Positions 1 through 10,020 of a DNA stretch of 64,000 nucleotides are shown piece by piece (within the stretch, counting starts at the first letter, position 1; each line of letters starts with the position of its first letter). The notes under the pieces are model-generated. The model did no database searches and was not told the origin of the DNA. It saw only the letters and a program-made list of their open reading frames with translations. Made by a program: the position numbers and the translations under genes. The stretch is from Deinococcales bacterium (GTDB taxonomy: Bacteria; Deinococcota; Deinococci; Deinococcales; JAAFIG01), in assembly GCA_031414595.1 (NCBI GenBank), contig JANNVX010000088.1, positions 241,220 to 305,219 on the forward strand, in the 5' to 3' direction.

Positions 1-1
1 T

Positions 2-634
2 AGTGTTAGCGAAATTCCGTTCGGCGATGAGAATTTTGTTTTTGGCTGCAATGATTCAAAACAAGTTGTGGCGGCCAACTTTAATTCTGGTCAGAAGACA
101 CATTTCAAATGGCAAGCCAATGATGCCAGTGCGACTCAACTTTCACGGCTTTCACCAAGCAGTATTAGCGGATATAGAGCGTTTGGTATGAACAATTCAG
201 GAACAATTCTTTTCCCAGACGGAATTTTGAAAGGTATAACTTTTAGCCCACTTCCTAAAACTTTTACCTTTGGTGCAGGTCTGACCAACGCTGGAACGGT
301 TTACGGCGTAGACAATCAGCAATTGGTTAAATGGAACGAGGGCGACGCGGCGGTCACATCACTTGGTACAGTACCAGGATCAATTCAAGACCAAGACATG
401 AGGCTTCTTGATGTCAACAATAATGGCGATGTCCTGCTCAGGGTCACTGGCATGGCTTCAAGCACCGACTATCAGTATTGGCTCTACAAAAACGGTGTGT
501 ACACCCGAATTACTGTTCCAAACTACACCATTCTCGAGGTCATTGGTATCAGCGATACTGGGTCAGTCCTAGCAAACGTCTACAATTCCGAGAATTTTGG
601 GGCTAATTACCGCGTCGCACTGATTCAACCCTAA
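2..634 (+). CDS. 5'-partial secreted/surface protein with HAF-like beta-repeat motifs
   Basis: Frame open from the window edge; recurring G(M/V/I)(N/S)(N/D)xG-like motifs (GMNNSG, DVNNNGD, GISDTG) typical of extracellular propeller-like repeats. Confidence 0.55.
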   Translation, partial: SVSEIPFGDENFVFGCNDSKQVVAANFNSGQKTHFKWQANDASATQLSRLSPSSISGYRAFGMNNSGTILFPDGILKGITFSPLPKTFTFGAGLTNAGTVYGVDNQQLVKWNEGDAAVTSLGTVPGSIQDQDMRLLDVNNNGDVLLRVTGMASSTDYQYWLYKNGVYTRITVPNYTILEVIGISDTGSVLANVYNSENFGANYRVALIQP

Positions 635-705
635 AGTCTACCCATTACCTTTTATCGGCTCGAGCCAAAGCATTTGGCTCAAGCTATTCAAAATTGGAGG
701 AATGT

Positions 706-873
706 ATGAATCATTTCGTTAAAAGTACCATCACTTTGGTGTCTTGTGGTGGCAGTGCCAACTCGAGAACCAATTATAAAGTTGGGGATTTCCCAATGCG
801 AGCCAGCGAAATCTCGAGAATAGGCTTGATGTTCAAAACAAGGTTAGGTCTCGAGTACGCCTTTATAAATTGA
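706..873 (+). pseudogene. Probable lipoprotein gene remnant (55 aa; MNHFVKSTITLVSCGGSAN...)
   Basis: GGAGG RBS, ATG at 706, lipobox-like LVSCGG, then sequence loses protein-like character after a CTCGAG at 762. Confidence 0.35.
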
Positions 874-953
874 GTCGAGTGGTTGCTTAAAATTGGCGCA
901 TGGCATGGTGAGTATCGTACAGCAATTTCTTTTTTTGCGGTACAATCTGACGT

Positions 954-3900
954 ATGACTTTGAGGGGTATTGCGGCTGATTTGCAGGTTGCCTTGGCTGT
1001 GGCTCAGGCTAATAACGCACAAGTCGTTTTGCTCGAGGGTGCGGCTGGGCTTGGTAAAAGTCATGCCATGCGCGACTTGGCAAGTGCTGTCAAATCTGGC
1101 ATGGTGCTTTCGTGTTCCTCCGATGGCTGGTTGGCGGCGGCGTTGCGGGCTTCTTTTGCGGCGCTTCAATCCGAACGCGACCCCGCCTTTCTCGAGGCAG
1201 CCCGTCGGCTTGTACCAGAACTGCCTTGGGCGCGGGTGGCGCAAGCGGTGGTTCTACCAGACCAACTGACCTTATGGAATGCGCTGGCACTGGCGTTTGA
1301 ACGTCTCGCCAAGCGGGTCGGCGGTTTGGTTTGGCTGCTCGAGGATGCCCATGAGGTCAGTGCCGCAGATTTGGCTGGAATTCGGGCGTTGTACCGTCGG
1401 GCGCTCTTGGGGGCTGCGCCGATGCTATTTGTGATTTCGGCTCGTCCAACCGAAATTGATTTTTTGGATGGCTTTATTCAAGATTCGGTACTGCTCGAGG
1501 AGGCGGTTCTTCCTAGGCGCTTGGTTTTAGCACCACTCGACCAAACTGGTTTGGAGGCTTTGTTACAAAGTGCTTTGCACAGTGCGGCTGTTCCCGAAAC
1601 TCTTGGCACTTGGCTGATGGCTCGAGCCGAAGGTCATCCGCTTTACACCCTTGAGTTGCTGCGTTTTTTGCAAGATGGTGGGGCGCTGCAAGATTTGGGT
1701 CTGACTTGGTTTTTTGACCCACCCAAGGGCAAGGGCTTACCAAAGAATCTCGAGGCGGTGCTGTTGGCGCGAGTTGCCATAGCCAAGCGTGAAATAAAAC
1801 TTTGGTTGGTACTTTCAGCAATTTGTGTTTTGAATCGCCAAGCCAGTTTATCCGAAATAATACAAATCACGACCCTGACTGCTATAGATGTCTTAGAAAT
1901 CGCCACTCGGCTCGAGTACCTTGGTTTGCTGCGTGAAGAACTCAAATCGGGTCAGACGGTCTACGCGGTGGCGCATCCCTTATTTTTGTCGTTGGTACGG
2001 GCGCAACTCGAGAGCGCAAAATTACAAGAACTGCATCAAAAAATAATGGGTGTGGTTCTATCGGTTATTGAAAAAGCCCACCATGCAAGGGCAGCCCAGC
2101 ATCCGCAAGCCAGCCAGTGGTCGGCGCTGGCACTCGAGCAAGCAAGTGCGGTTTATGATTATCAGCAAGTCGTAACCGAAGCCCAGTTTTTACTGACACT
2201 GACCCACAAAAAAGACCCAAAGGTTTTTCTGGCATATCTGGCGGCGTTGCGTGAATTGGGTCAAGCAGAAACCATTCTCGAGGTCACAAAAGACGATGAT
2301 TCTGCCGAAGTTGCCTTGTACCGCGTTTACGCCCTTGATTATGTAGGGCAAAGGGAAGCAGCCTTTGAAAGTGCCAACCAAGGATTTTTGCAATACCCAG
2401 AGCCGATTCGCAGTCGTATTGGTTTTCATTTGGCACGAATGCACACGAATAAAGGGCAGTTTTCGCAAGCCGCAGAAATTCTCAACAGCCTTGAGCCAGC
2501 CGACGAGACCGATAAGACCTTACTTTTAATCGAATGGCAGCGTTTGTATTACTATCAAAGTGACCTTAAAAAACAACTTGAAATTCTCGAGCAAGCCGAA
2601 ATTTCTGCCAGGAAATGCCCAACGCCACGCCACTTAATGATTATTTTAAGCAAAAAAGGAATTGCCCTGACCCAAAGCGCCAACCATTTGCAAGCCGAAG
2701 CGTTGATGCAAGAAGCCTTACATCTGACTAAGGAATTTGGTTCAGTCGAGCGTTTAGCCGAAATGTACAATGATTTGGGTGTGGCTTATCTGATGCAAGG
2801 CAATTATCCAAAAGCCAGTCAGATGTTTCGTGCAGGTTTGCGTTATGCCCAAGCCACAAAAAACCGTATGCAAATCGCGGCGGCGTATTATATGGCAAGT
2901 TCACCAGAGTTCGCCATGCTCAGATTAGATTCAGGTCGGGATTTTATTCAAAAAAGTATCGAATTATTTCAAGAAGCCAATTACCCTGTACAAGCTGGCA
3001 ATGCCCGTTTTTTTCAGGCTTACCTCGAGTCAGTTCAGGGCAATACCGAGTTTGTTCATACCTTTTTTAACTCCGAACTTGCCAAAGCACCCGAAAAGCT
3101 CTATAGCTGGCATTCCCAAGCAGGGGAAATGCACCTCAACCTTGGCGAATTTTCTCAAGCACTCGAGTTCTATTCCCAAGTTCAAACCTCAACTTACCCA
3201 CCTGATGGCTTAGCCGAACATCATCACCGATTAGCAATTGTCTACTTGGGAGTAGGGCAACTGCAAATTGCTCTCAAGCAAAGTCAATTGGCACAAGAAC
3301 AGGGTGCTTCGATGAATAATCCGTGCTTAAAAGCCGAAATGCGCCTAGGGATAGCCATTATTTACTGGTTTCTCGAGCAATCAGAACTGGCGCAAAAAAT
3401 CGGCAAAGAAGCCTTGGCGGTTTTACAAACCAATCAAGCACTCGGACACGCTGTAGTCTACGAGCGGTTATTCCCAAATGCTGTGCAGTCGTTTCAAGCA
3501 CCCAAGATGAATACCGAAAATACACCTGTTCATTCGTACCTTCGTACTTTTGGCGGATTTGGTTTAGAAAGCCAAGGACAGTCCAGTCCGTGGCGAGCCT
3601 CAAAAGTCCGCGATTTACTGGCGGTCTTATTGGTTGCTTATTTAAGCCAAGACGGACCAAGTATTTCTAAAGCACAACTGATAGATGCTATTTGGCAAGG
3701 CGAAAGCCCTGAATCCAGCGAAGGTAAATTTCGAGTCAGCATTAAACGCTTACGCGATGCCCTTGGCGATGCGGCAACCATCCATAACCAATACGGCGTT
3801 TACGAATTACAAAACCTTAAAGCCGATGTGGTGTATTTCTTAACTGCCCTCGAGAATTTGGATTTTGATGCGGCTTTGGGCTGGTACAAAGGCAGTTTTT

Positions 3901-4196
3901 TACAAGGCATAGATGTTGCCGATGCCGAAATCATCCGCGCTCAGTTATGGCAGAACTTCAGAGATACTGTTATCAAAACCAGTTGTGAAACCCCCAATGC
4001 CAATCTGCTCGAGAAATTACACTACCTCGAGCCTTTGGACATTGGGATTTTAGAGCGCTACCTTGAAGTGATTGCCGATGATGCGTTTCGGGTTTCGCAG
4101 ACCGTAACTCGAGCCAAACAAACATTTGAACGTGAAATCGGTGAAATTCCAGTTGAACTCGGAAAATTAACGGCTGTTGCCGCGTCCTCGGCTTGA
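954..4196 (+). CDS. AAA/STAND ATPase-TPR transcriptional regulator with C-terminal wHTH/BTAD-like domain
   Basis: Walker A GAAGLGKS, Walker B VWLLEDAH, GHPL motif, TPR helices, C-terminal LRTFGGF...WRASKVRDLLAVL...LIDAIW SARP-like wHTH; TACAAT 7 nt before ATG. Confidence 0.85.
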   Translation: MTLRGIAADLQVALAVAQANNAQVVLLEGAAGLGKSHAMRDLASAVKSGMVLSCSSDGWLAAALRASFAALQSERDPAFLEAARRLVPELPWARVAQAVVLPDQLTLWNALALAFERLAKRVGGLVWLLEDAHEVSAADLAGIRALYRRALLGAAPMLFVISARPTEIDFLDGFIQDSVLLEEAVLPRRLVLAPLDQTGLEALLQSALHSAAVPETLGTWLMARAEGHPLYTLELLRFLQDGGALQDLGLTWFFDPPKGKGLPKNLEAVLLARVAIAKREIKLWLVLSAICVLNRQASLSEIIQITTLTAIDVLEIATRLEYLGLLREELKSGQTVYAVAHPLFLSLVRAQLESAKLQELHQKIMGVVLSVIEKAHHARAAQHPQASQWSALALEQASAVYDYQQVVTEAQFLLTLTHKKDPKVFLAYLAALRELGQAETILEVTKDDDSAEVALYRVYALDYVGQREAAFESANQGFLQYPEPIRSRIGFHLARMHTNKGQFSQAAEILNSLEPADETDKTLLLIEWQRLYYYQSDLKKQLEILEQAEISARKCPTPRHLMIILSKKGIALTQSANHLQAEALMQEALHLTKEFGSVERLAEMYNDLGVAYLMQGNYPKASQMFRAGLRYAQATKNRMQIAAAYYMASSPEFAMLRLDSGRDFIQKSIELFQEANYPVQAGNARFFQAYLESVQGNTEFVHTFFNSELAKAPEKLYSWHSQAGEMHLNLGEFSQALEFYSQVQTSTYPPDGLAEHHHRLAIVYLGVGQLQIALKQSQLAQEQGASMNNPCLKAEMRLGIAIIYWFLEQSELAQKIGKEALAVLQTNQALGHAVVYERLFPNAVQSFQAPKMNTENTPVHSYLRTFGGFGLESQGQSSPWRASKVRDLLAVLLVAYLSQDGPSISKAQLIDAIWQGESPESSEGKFRVSIKRLRDALGDAATIHNQYGVYELQNLKADVVYFLTALENLDFDAALGWYKGSFLQGIDVADAEIIRAQLWQNFRDTVIKTSCETPNANLLEKLHYLEPLDIGILERYLEVIADDAFRVSQTVTRAKQTFEREIGEIPVELGKLTAVAASSA

Positions 4197-5507
4197 ATCC
4201 CGCCGTATGCTCGAGGGGCGCGGGTGTTCGCTGCGCGGTTTGCCAACGCCTTGTTGGGTGGTGGCGGTACTGCGTGGCTGAGTTGAACCTGCTCGAGCAG
4301 GTTGTGGTGAGCGCCTTGGGGCATTGCGGCGCGGGTCGCCTTGGCGGGTATCACCTCGGTCTACGGTCATTTTTTCACCTACGGCTTTGTAATTAAAACC
4401 ATCCACCCATTCACGCGGCAGTTTTTGTCCAATGGCACGTTCTATATCAAATAACTGGCTTTCTTCTTCTTTGCTAAAAAAAGTCAGGGCTTCGCCAGTG
4501 CGTTCGGCACGGGCGGTTCGTCCAACACGGTGAATATAATCTTCGGGGATGGCTGGGACATCAAAGTTAATCACATATTCAAGGTCTTGAACATCTATGC
4601 CACGAGCCGCAATATCGGTGGCAACCAGTACACGGTATTTACCAGACTTAAAGCCTTTAAGTGCTTCGGTGCGTTGCGATTGACTGCGGTTGCCATGAAT
4701 CCGTTCGCAATTAACCCCATAACTAGCAAGGTATTTTTGTAAACCATTGGCACGGTGTTTGGTGCGGGTAAATACGATTGCACTTTCGATGGGGTTTTGT
4801 GCCAGTAACTCGAGCAGTAAGGCTGGCTTGAGGCTTTGTGGCACAGGAAACGAAGATTGGGTGATGCCCGTGGCGGGTTTGGCTTGGCGTTCGACATTTA
4901 GAGTAATCGGGCGGTTCAGTAAATCCTTTGCCAGTTGCCCAATTTGGCTGGGCATGGTTGCCGAAAAAAATAGGGTTTGTTGCGGTTTAGGGATGTGTTG
5001 CAAAATCTTTTTGATGCTCGGTAAAAACCCCATATCGAGCATTCGGTCAGCTTCGTCAAAGACCAACACCTCGAGACTGTTTAACTTGGCGTAGTTGTAC
5101 TGAAAGTGATCCATCAAACGCCCCGGGGTGGCAATCAGAATATCTATGCCGCGTTCAAAGGCTTGGACTTGTCCTTTCATCGGTACACCACCAAAAATAG
5201 TGGCACTTTTGACAGGTGCATATTTGCCAAGTTCTTGAATCGCTTCGTTAATCTGCATGGCGAGTTCACGGGTTGGGCAGAGAATCAAAGCTCTGGTGAC
5301 ACCTCGAGACTTCTTAAATAAACGCTCTAAAATTGGCAACACAAAAGCCGCCGTTTTGCCGCTTCCAGTCATGGCGCAGCCAAGTATATCGCGTCCCTCG
5401 AGAGCATGGGGCAAGGCTTTTTCTTGAATATCGGTCGGAGTTTCGTACCCCGCGTCTTTAATTCCACGAAGTAACGACCCGTGAAGGGCAAATTTTTCAA
5501 ATGACAT
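4167..5507 (-). CDS. rhlE: DEAD-box ATP-dependent RNA helicase (RhlE-like)
   Basis: Q motif TDIQ, AMTGSGKT, PTRELA, TPGR, DEAD, SAT, ARGID, HRVGRTAR; basic disordered C-tail. Confidence 0.95.
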   Translation of the reverse strand: MSFEKFALHGSLLRGIKDAGYETPTDIQEKALPHALEGRDILGCAMTGSGKTAAFVLPILERLFKKSRGVTRALILCPTRELAMQINEAIQELGKYAPVKSATIFGGVPMKGQVQAFERGIDILIATPGRLMDHFQYNYAKLNSLEVLVFDEADRMLDMGFLPSIKKILQHIPKPQQTLFFSATMPSQIGQLAKDLLNRPITLNVERQAKPATGITQSSFPVPQSLKPALLLELLAQNPIESAIVFTRTKHRANGLQKYLASYGVNCERIHGNRSQSQRTEALKGFKSGKYRVLVATDIAARGIDVQDLEYVINFDVPAIPEDYIHRVGRTARAERTGEALTFFSKEEESQLFDIERAIGQKLPREWVDGFNYKAVGEKMTVDRGDTRQGDPRRNAPRRSPQPARAGSTQPRSTATTQQGVGKPRSEHPRPSSIRRDSSRGRGNSR

Positions 5508-5626
5508 GTTGTGTCCTGTAAACCGTATAACCTCGGTAATTCAGGACGAGAGGCAAGGCTAGAAAGAGGCTATCTCGAGTGCAAGCAGCCGTCCTGATGA
5601 AAAGCTTGCAACAAGTTAGGAGCATA
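5508..5626 (-). promoter_or_regulatory. Structured 5' leader and -10 box of the helicase gene
   Basis: TATGCT -10 at 5626-5621; complementary blocks 5604-5610/5580-5586, 5590-5597/5541-5548, 5542-5547/5513-5518 (RBS). Confidence 0.5.
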
Positions 5627-5660
5627 CACGTTTAATTGTGAAAGTCATGGGCAAAATAGC

Positions 5661-6260
5661 CTAACGTGAAGTCATATGCACTAAAATTCCTAGTATCGCC
5701 TCGAGTTCGGTCAAGCTGTATTCACGAATATCCAAGGTGATTTGTGTTCCCTCGAGTTGCAAAAACCGCCAATCTGTGCCACTGGTGACTGCCCCAAAAA
5801 TCAATTCTCGAGACTGATTGCGCTCTATATTAAAACGTTGGGCTGCCACCATTTCGGCAATACACTGGGCAATCCCACCCGATAAATCCTCGCGCTTGGC
5901 TTCGACCAGCATTACGACAGGAGCTTGAACTTGAATTAAAAGTGGGTCTTGGCTGATTAAAAAGTCACAAAAACCATGCAATCCAAGTTTTTTATCAACA
6001 TTGAAGGCTACGCCAGAAAACACGGCTATGCGTTGCTCGAGAATTTCACGCACTTCGACTAGAATTGGGGCAATAATATGTTCAGAACGGGCTTTTTCTG
6101 TGCCTTTGCCAACCACCAGTGGCAAATTGCGTTTTAGAACGGCGCTCAGTAAATCACTAGCTTTATGGGGTTCTACATGTGCAAATAAATCTTTATGCTG
6201 CACAACAGAAAGTGCAAATCTTTGCACCAATAAATCCAAGGTAAAACCTTCGTATCCCAT
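5661..6260 (-). CDS. Hypothetical PD-(D/E)XK / HsdR-N-like protein
   Basis: TEKARSE..IAPIL, CDF...VEAK, GAVTSGTDWRFL; leaderless start after TAGTCT; paralogue at 36568-37164. Confidence 0.75.
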   Translation of the reverse strand: MGYEGFTLDLLVQRFALSVVQHKDLFAHVEPHKASDLLSAVLKRNLPLVVGKGTEKARSEHIIAPILVEVREILEQRIAVFSGVAFNVDKKLGLHGFCDFLISQDPLLIQVQAPVVMLVEAKREDLSGGIAQCIAEMVAAQRFNIERNQSRELIFGAVTSGTDWRFLQLEGTQITLDIREYSLTELEAILGILVHMTSR

Positions 6261-6308
6261 GCTTGGTAGACTAGCACTAAATTCTAAGCACTTGACATGA
6301 ACCACAGT

Positions 6309-8228
6309 TCACAGGTATTTCTCGAGCCAATTTAGGTACTCGTTTAGCCTAAAAACCCGTCTGTCTGGTCTGCCACTTCTCGAGAGTTCATGATTTTCGC
6401 CTGGGAATCGCACAAATTTTGTTGTTACATTCAGGTTTTTCAGTGCCACAAACCACTGCTCGGCTTGTTCAATGGGGCAACGGTGGTCTTCTTCGCTGTG
6501 AATAATCAAACAAGGTGTTTTGACATTTTTAACATGCTTGAGCGGCGATTTTTCCCAGAGCCGTTCAAAGTCGTTGGGGACAGTGCCGTGTAATTCTCGA
6601 GGTACAAAACGGTAGCCAATGTCAGATGTGCCATGAAACGAAATCCAGTTGCAAATACTGCGGTCTGTAACGGCGGCTTTGAAACGGTTGGTGTGGCTAA
6701 TTGCCCAATTGACCATCAGTCCGCCGTAACTTCCACCGACAATCGCAATGCGTTTGGGGTCAAGGTAGCTGTGTTGCGCCAAACATCTGTCTAAGAACGC
6801 CATCAGGTCGTCAAAATCGCCATTTAAGTAATCGCCGTTTATCCCAGCCGTTTGCGCGTCGCCGTAGCCCGTGCTGCCGCGTATATTGCAAAAGGCGACC
6901 GCGTAGCCAGCCGCAGCAAGGGTTTGGAATTCGTTCATATAGGTGTAACCCCATGCGGTGGCGGGTCCACCATGAACATTTAAGACCAAGGGGTATTTCT
7001 TGCCGCGTTTTTGCTCGAGTGGATGCAGCACCCAACCTTCGATGGTAAACCCGTGGCGTTCAAAACTAATTCGCTCTAAATCTCTGGCATTGGCGCTCGA
7101 GTTAAAACTAGATAATTGCTTACCAACAAAATGCAGTTCGCAAGGATGGGCGTGATGCTCGAGTAAATAAGCAATTCTGCCGTCGGCTGAAACCGCAAAA
7201 GCGGGAACACTCGAGAGCTGCGGTTCAATTCTGGGCTTGATATTGCCTTCTAAAGTAAATTCATAGACCCCTGCACTGCCACCTTTTTGAGCAAGGGCAA
7301 GAATGGTCGTATCGTCTAACCAAACGGGTGCAAGTGAATATGTGCCGATGTGTGAATCAGAATTGACCGTTTGACCAATCCACAGGTCATGGTCTGGGGC
7401 AACCCGCTCGAGTTTAGCGCCTTGCTCGAGTTTAGCGTTGTACAAATGAATATCGCCTGTTTGGTTGGCAAAGTCTGGGTCGGCGAGAACCGCAAATCGT
7501 AGACCATTAGGTGAGACCGCAACTTGCCCAATATAGCCCTTAAAATCAGTCAGGCGACGCGGTTTTTTCTTGCCTAAAATCAGCATAAAGACTTCGGATT
7601 GCCAGTTTTCACCAGCCTCGGCATTGCGGGCTGCCACAAATACCAAACCCCAACCATCGGGCATCCAATCAAAGCTGTCTATATTGGTTAAGTGGCTCGA
7701 GACCGCTTCGGATTTTTCGGTTTCAAGGGTCAGAATATGCAGCGCCAAGGGTTCGGTGGGTACAAAGCCAACCCCACCAATACCATTTGATTTGTACTGT
7801 ACTTGTTCGATGACTTTTGGCTGTCCGTCGGCTAGAACTTCATCTGTCCAGTCGCCACGAGATAAAAAAGCCACTCGAGTGCCATCATTGGAAAATTTTG
7901 GACTCGAGACCCCAGATTTAAGGTTGGTTAATTGCCGTGGCTCACCGCCCGTCATTGAAATCATAAACAATTGTGGTTTGCCGTCCACCACTCGAGTAAA
8001 AACCATTTGTGTGCTGTCTGGTGAGAATTTTGGCGAGCCGTCTTTGTGTTTACCCGAAGTAAAACGTTGCACCTCGGCATCATCGGTCGAGACATAAATT
8101 CCAGAAGTGTATGATTTTTTATCCTCGAAAACTTCAGAAACTACGCAAGCCACGTATTTTCCGTCTTTTGAGACGGCGACATCAGAAGCAAATTTTAGGT
8201 TATAAAGCTGTTCAGCCAGTTGGGTCAT
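6309..8228 (-). CDS. S9 family peptidase (acylaminoacyl-peptidase / DPP-like)
   Basis: PD40 propeller repeats, HGGP, GGSYGG nucleophile, EEDHRC Asp, ENHELSRSG His. Confidence 0.92.
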   Translation of the reverse strand: MTQLAEQLYNLKFASDVAVSKDGKYVACVVSEVFEDKKSYTSGIYVSTDDAEVQRFTSGKHKDGSPKFSPDSTQMVFTRVVDGKPQLFMISMTGGEPRQLTNLKSGVSSPKFSNDGTRVAFLSRGDWTDEVLADGQPKVIEQVQYKSNGIGGVGFVPTEPLALHILTLETEKSEAVSSHLTNIDSFDWMPDGWGLVFVAARNAEAGENWQSEVFMLILGKKKPRRLTDFKGYIGQVAVSPNGLRFAVLADPDFANQTGDIHLYNAKLEQGAKLERVAPDHDLWIGQTVNSDSHIGTYSLAPVWLDDTTILALAQKGGSAGVYEFTLEGNIKPRIEPQLSSVPAFAVSADGRIAYLLEHHAHPCELHFVGKQLSSFNSSANARDLERISFERHGFTIEGWVLHPLEQKRGKKYPLVLNVHGGPATAWGYTYMNEFQTLAAAGYAVAFCNIRGSTGYGDAQTAGINGDYLNGDFDDLMAFLDRCLAQHSYLDPKRIAIVGGSYGGLMVNWAISHTNRFKAAVTDRSICNWISFHGTSDIGYRFVPRELHGTVPNDFERLWEKSPLKHVKNVKTPCLIIHSEEDHRCPIEQAEQWFVALKNLNVTTKFVRFPGENHELSRSGRPDRRVFRLNEYLNWLEKYL

Positions 8229-8285
8229 GCCAATTAGCATACCGCGTCCGACGGGTTTGGACATACCGCGTGTTAGCCTAAACAA

Positions 8286-8633
8286 GTGCAACCAGACCCA
8301 ATTTCACAGACTTGGTTTATTATTTCTAATCGCGTCTTGCCCGATGAACGCATCACAATTGCCTCTGGACAAGAAAAATATGCCTTGGTGTTTACCCAAA
8401 AAGCCACTGCCAAAGAATTTATGCGCGACCTGCAAGACCCAAACTTAGAACTCGAGGGCTTAGAAACTTGGGTCTTAAAAGAAACTTACTTAACCACCCT
8501 CACTTTGCTTTCGGTTTCTCGAGTGATGTTTGATTATGTGCAAGGGCAACACAACGCCCTTTCTGCCCCGCTCGAGTTACTGAGGATTCATTGTCAAGCC
8601 CAGATTGGGGTCGTGCCTCGAGCCGAAGCCTGA
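8286..8633 (+). CDS. Hypothetical protein
   Basis: 115-aa ORF filling the space divergent from the peptidase. Confidence 0.6.
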   Translation: MQPDPISQTWFIISNRVLPDERITIASGQEKYALVFTQKATAKEFMRDLQDPNLELEGLETWVLKETYLTTLTLLSVSRVMFDYVQGQHNALSAPLELLRIHCQAQIGVVPRAEA

Positions 8634-8700
8634 GTGTAGCTGCTTTCCTCATAGCTCAAGACTCAAAGCTCATAGCCAAGAGGTTCGTTGCCTCGAGCCG

Positions 8701-9189
8701 TTAGCGCGTAAACACATAATCATTTTCGGCAGTTTTAGCATGGCATTGGTTGCACTTGGCAATTGCGCCTCGGGTTTGCGCTCCTGCGTTGTCTAGCTCT
8801 ATTTTGCCCGTAGCCACATCCAGCACAAACCATTCCCAACCACCAAATTCTTTGTTAAACCCAGCACCGCGTTTAACCATGCCAGTAGCACCTAGGGGCT
8901 TGTTGCTTTTATCGCTGTATTGTTTAACCAGAATTGTACCAACTGGAAATTTGCCATTGTCGGTTCGGTCAGCGTTATTTTTAATATAAATTGTCCGAGA
9001 AGCATTAGGATTTTCTGCCAAATGTGCATCTTTGATGTTCTCAGAAGTTCCACTGACTTTATCCACAAAAGTCCATTTGCTAAAGCTGGCAAAATCATCG
9101 TTGCCAGCGATAAATTCCGAACCATTTTTTGGCATACATGCAACCGTTAATACACTGACCAGCAACAACAAGAACTGCGTGCTTTTCAT
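8701..9189 (-). CDS. Cytochrome P460 / c'-beta family lipoprotein
   Basis: Lipobox TVAC, FPVGTILVK, MVKRG..GGWEWF, C-terminal CNQCH haem motif, DYVF end; GGAGG RBS. Confidence 0.8.
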   Translation of the reverse strand: MKSTQFLLLLVSVLTVACMPKNGSEFIAGNDDFASFSKWTFVDKVSGTSENIKDAHLAENPNASRTIYIKNNADRTDNGKFPVGTILVKQYSDKSNKPLGATGMVKRGAGFNKEFGGWEWFVLDVATGKIELDNAGAQTRGAIAKCNQCHAKTAENDYVFTR

Positions 9190-9238
9190 AAAAAACCTCC
9201 GCCTTAAGCGTAAGGTACGAAAAGCCTCAGAGAAAAGT

Positions 9239-9946
9239 TCAGAACTTGACTTCACCAACCCCCAAAACTTCACTTGGGGTTGTAGACCCACCGATTGGCT
9301 CGAGTGAAATAGCGATCACCGCCGCATTATTTGGCACTTGGGTATCGAGGTTGGTCTGTAGCGTCTCGAGGGGCTGGGGTTTTTGCCCCCCTTTGGTGAT
9401 AAACCAAGCCTGATAGGTTTTGCCAGTCACAGGTTCGGGTAATTTAAGCGCAATCACCAATTTGCCATCTGGGGTTAAATAAGCCTGTCCGATAGGGACG
9501 TTCCCACTCGAGGCTAATTTGACCAGTTTACTTTCGGACAAAACGCTGACTCGAGCCTTGGCTTGTTGTTGCAGCGATACAATTTGACCCTCGAGTTGGT
9601 TGCTGCGCCAAGCAAAAAACAGTCCAAAAGCCAGTGCTGCAATTGGAAATGCTCGGGCAAAAAATGATCCAAAGGTTCTAGGATTTCTCTGGCGTTGTGA
9701 AAATCGGCGTGGAGCAGCGCGATTTTTAAGACGAATCTGGGATAAAATTTTTGCTTCGAGCATCGGCGAAGGCGAAGTTTGCTCGACCGATTGCCCGACC
9801 GCAGCCAAAATACCTTGCCATTTTGCCAATTCTAAAGCCAATTCTTGCGATTGTGCCACGGCTGTTGCAACAAGGGTAGCTTCATTGGGTTCAAGTGTAC
9901 CAAGTGCAAATTGAATCAGTGTATCGGTGTCGGGAGGAGTTTCCAT
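9239..9946 (-). CDS. rskA: Anti-sigma factor, RskA-like
   Basis: N-terminal FALGTLEPNE anti-sigma domain, TM helix, C-terminal GKTYQAWFI...AISLEPIGGSTTPS. Confidence 0.85.
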   Translation of the reverse strand: METPPDTDTLIQFALGTLEPNEATLVATAVAQSQELALELAKWQGILAAVGQSVEQTSPSPMLEAKILSQIRLKNRAAPRRFSQRQRNPRTFGSFFARAFPIAALAFGLFFAWRSNQLEGQIVSLQQQAKARVSVLSESKLVKLASSGNVPIGQAYLTPDGKLVIALKLPEPVTGKTYQAWFITKGGQKPQPLETLQTNLDTQVPNNAAVIAISLEPIGGSTTPSEVLGVGEVKF

Positions 9947-9955
9947 ACTTTGATA

Positions 9956-10011
9956 TACGCACAAGCTACCATGATTAGATGAAGACATCCAAATAGACAC
10001 CTTGTAACGTA
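9956..10011. promoter_or_regulatory. Back-to-back ECF promoters CATC-N18-CGTA
   Basis: Plus strand: CATC 9986-9989, CGTA 10008-10011. Minus strand: CATC 9981-9978, CGTA 9959-9956. Each CGTA lies 9 nt before an ATG. Confidence 0.65.
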
Positions 10012-10020
10012 TTCCTAGTG

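Noticed and set aside
5594-5645. Hammerhead ribozyme core CTGATGA
   Set aside because: No stem II followed by GAAA and no closing stems in the required arrangement
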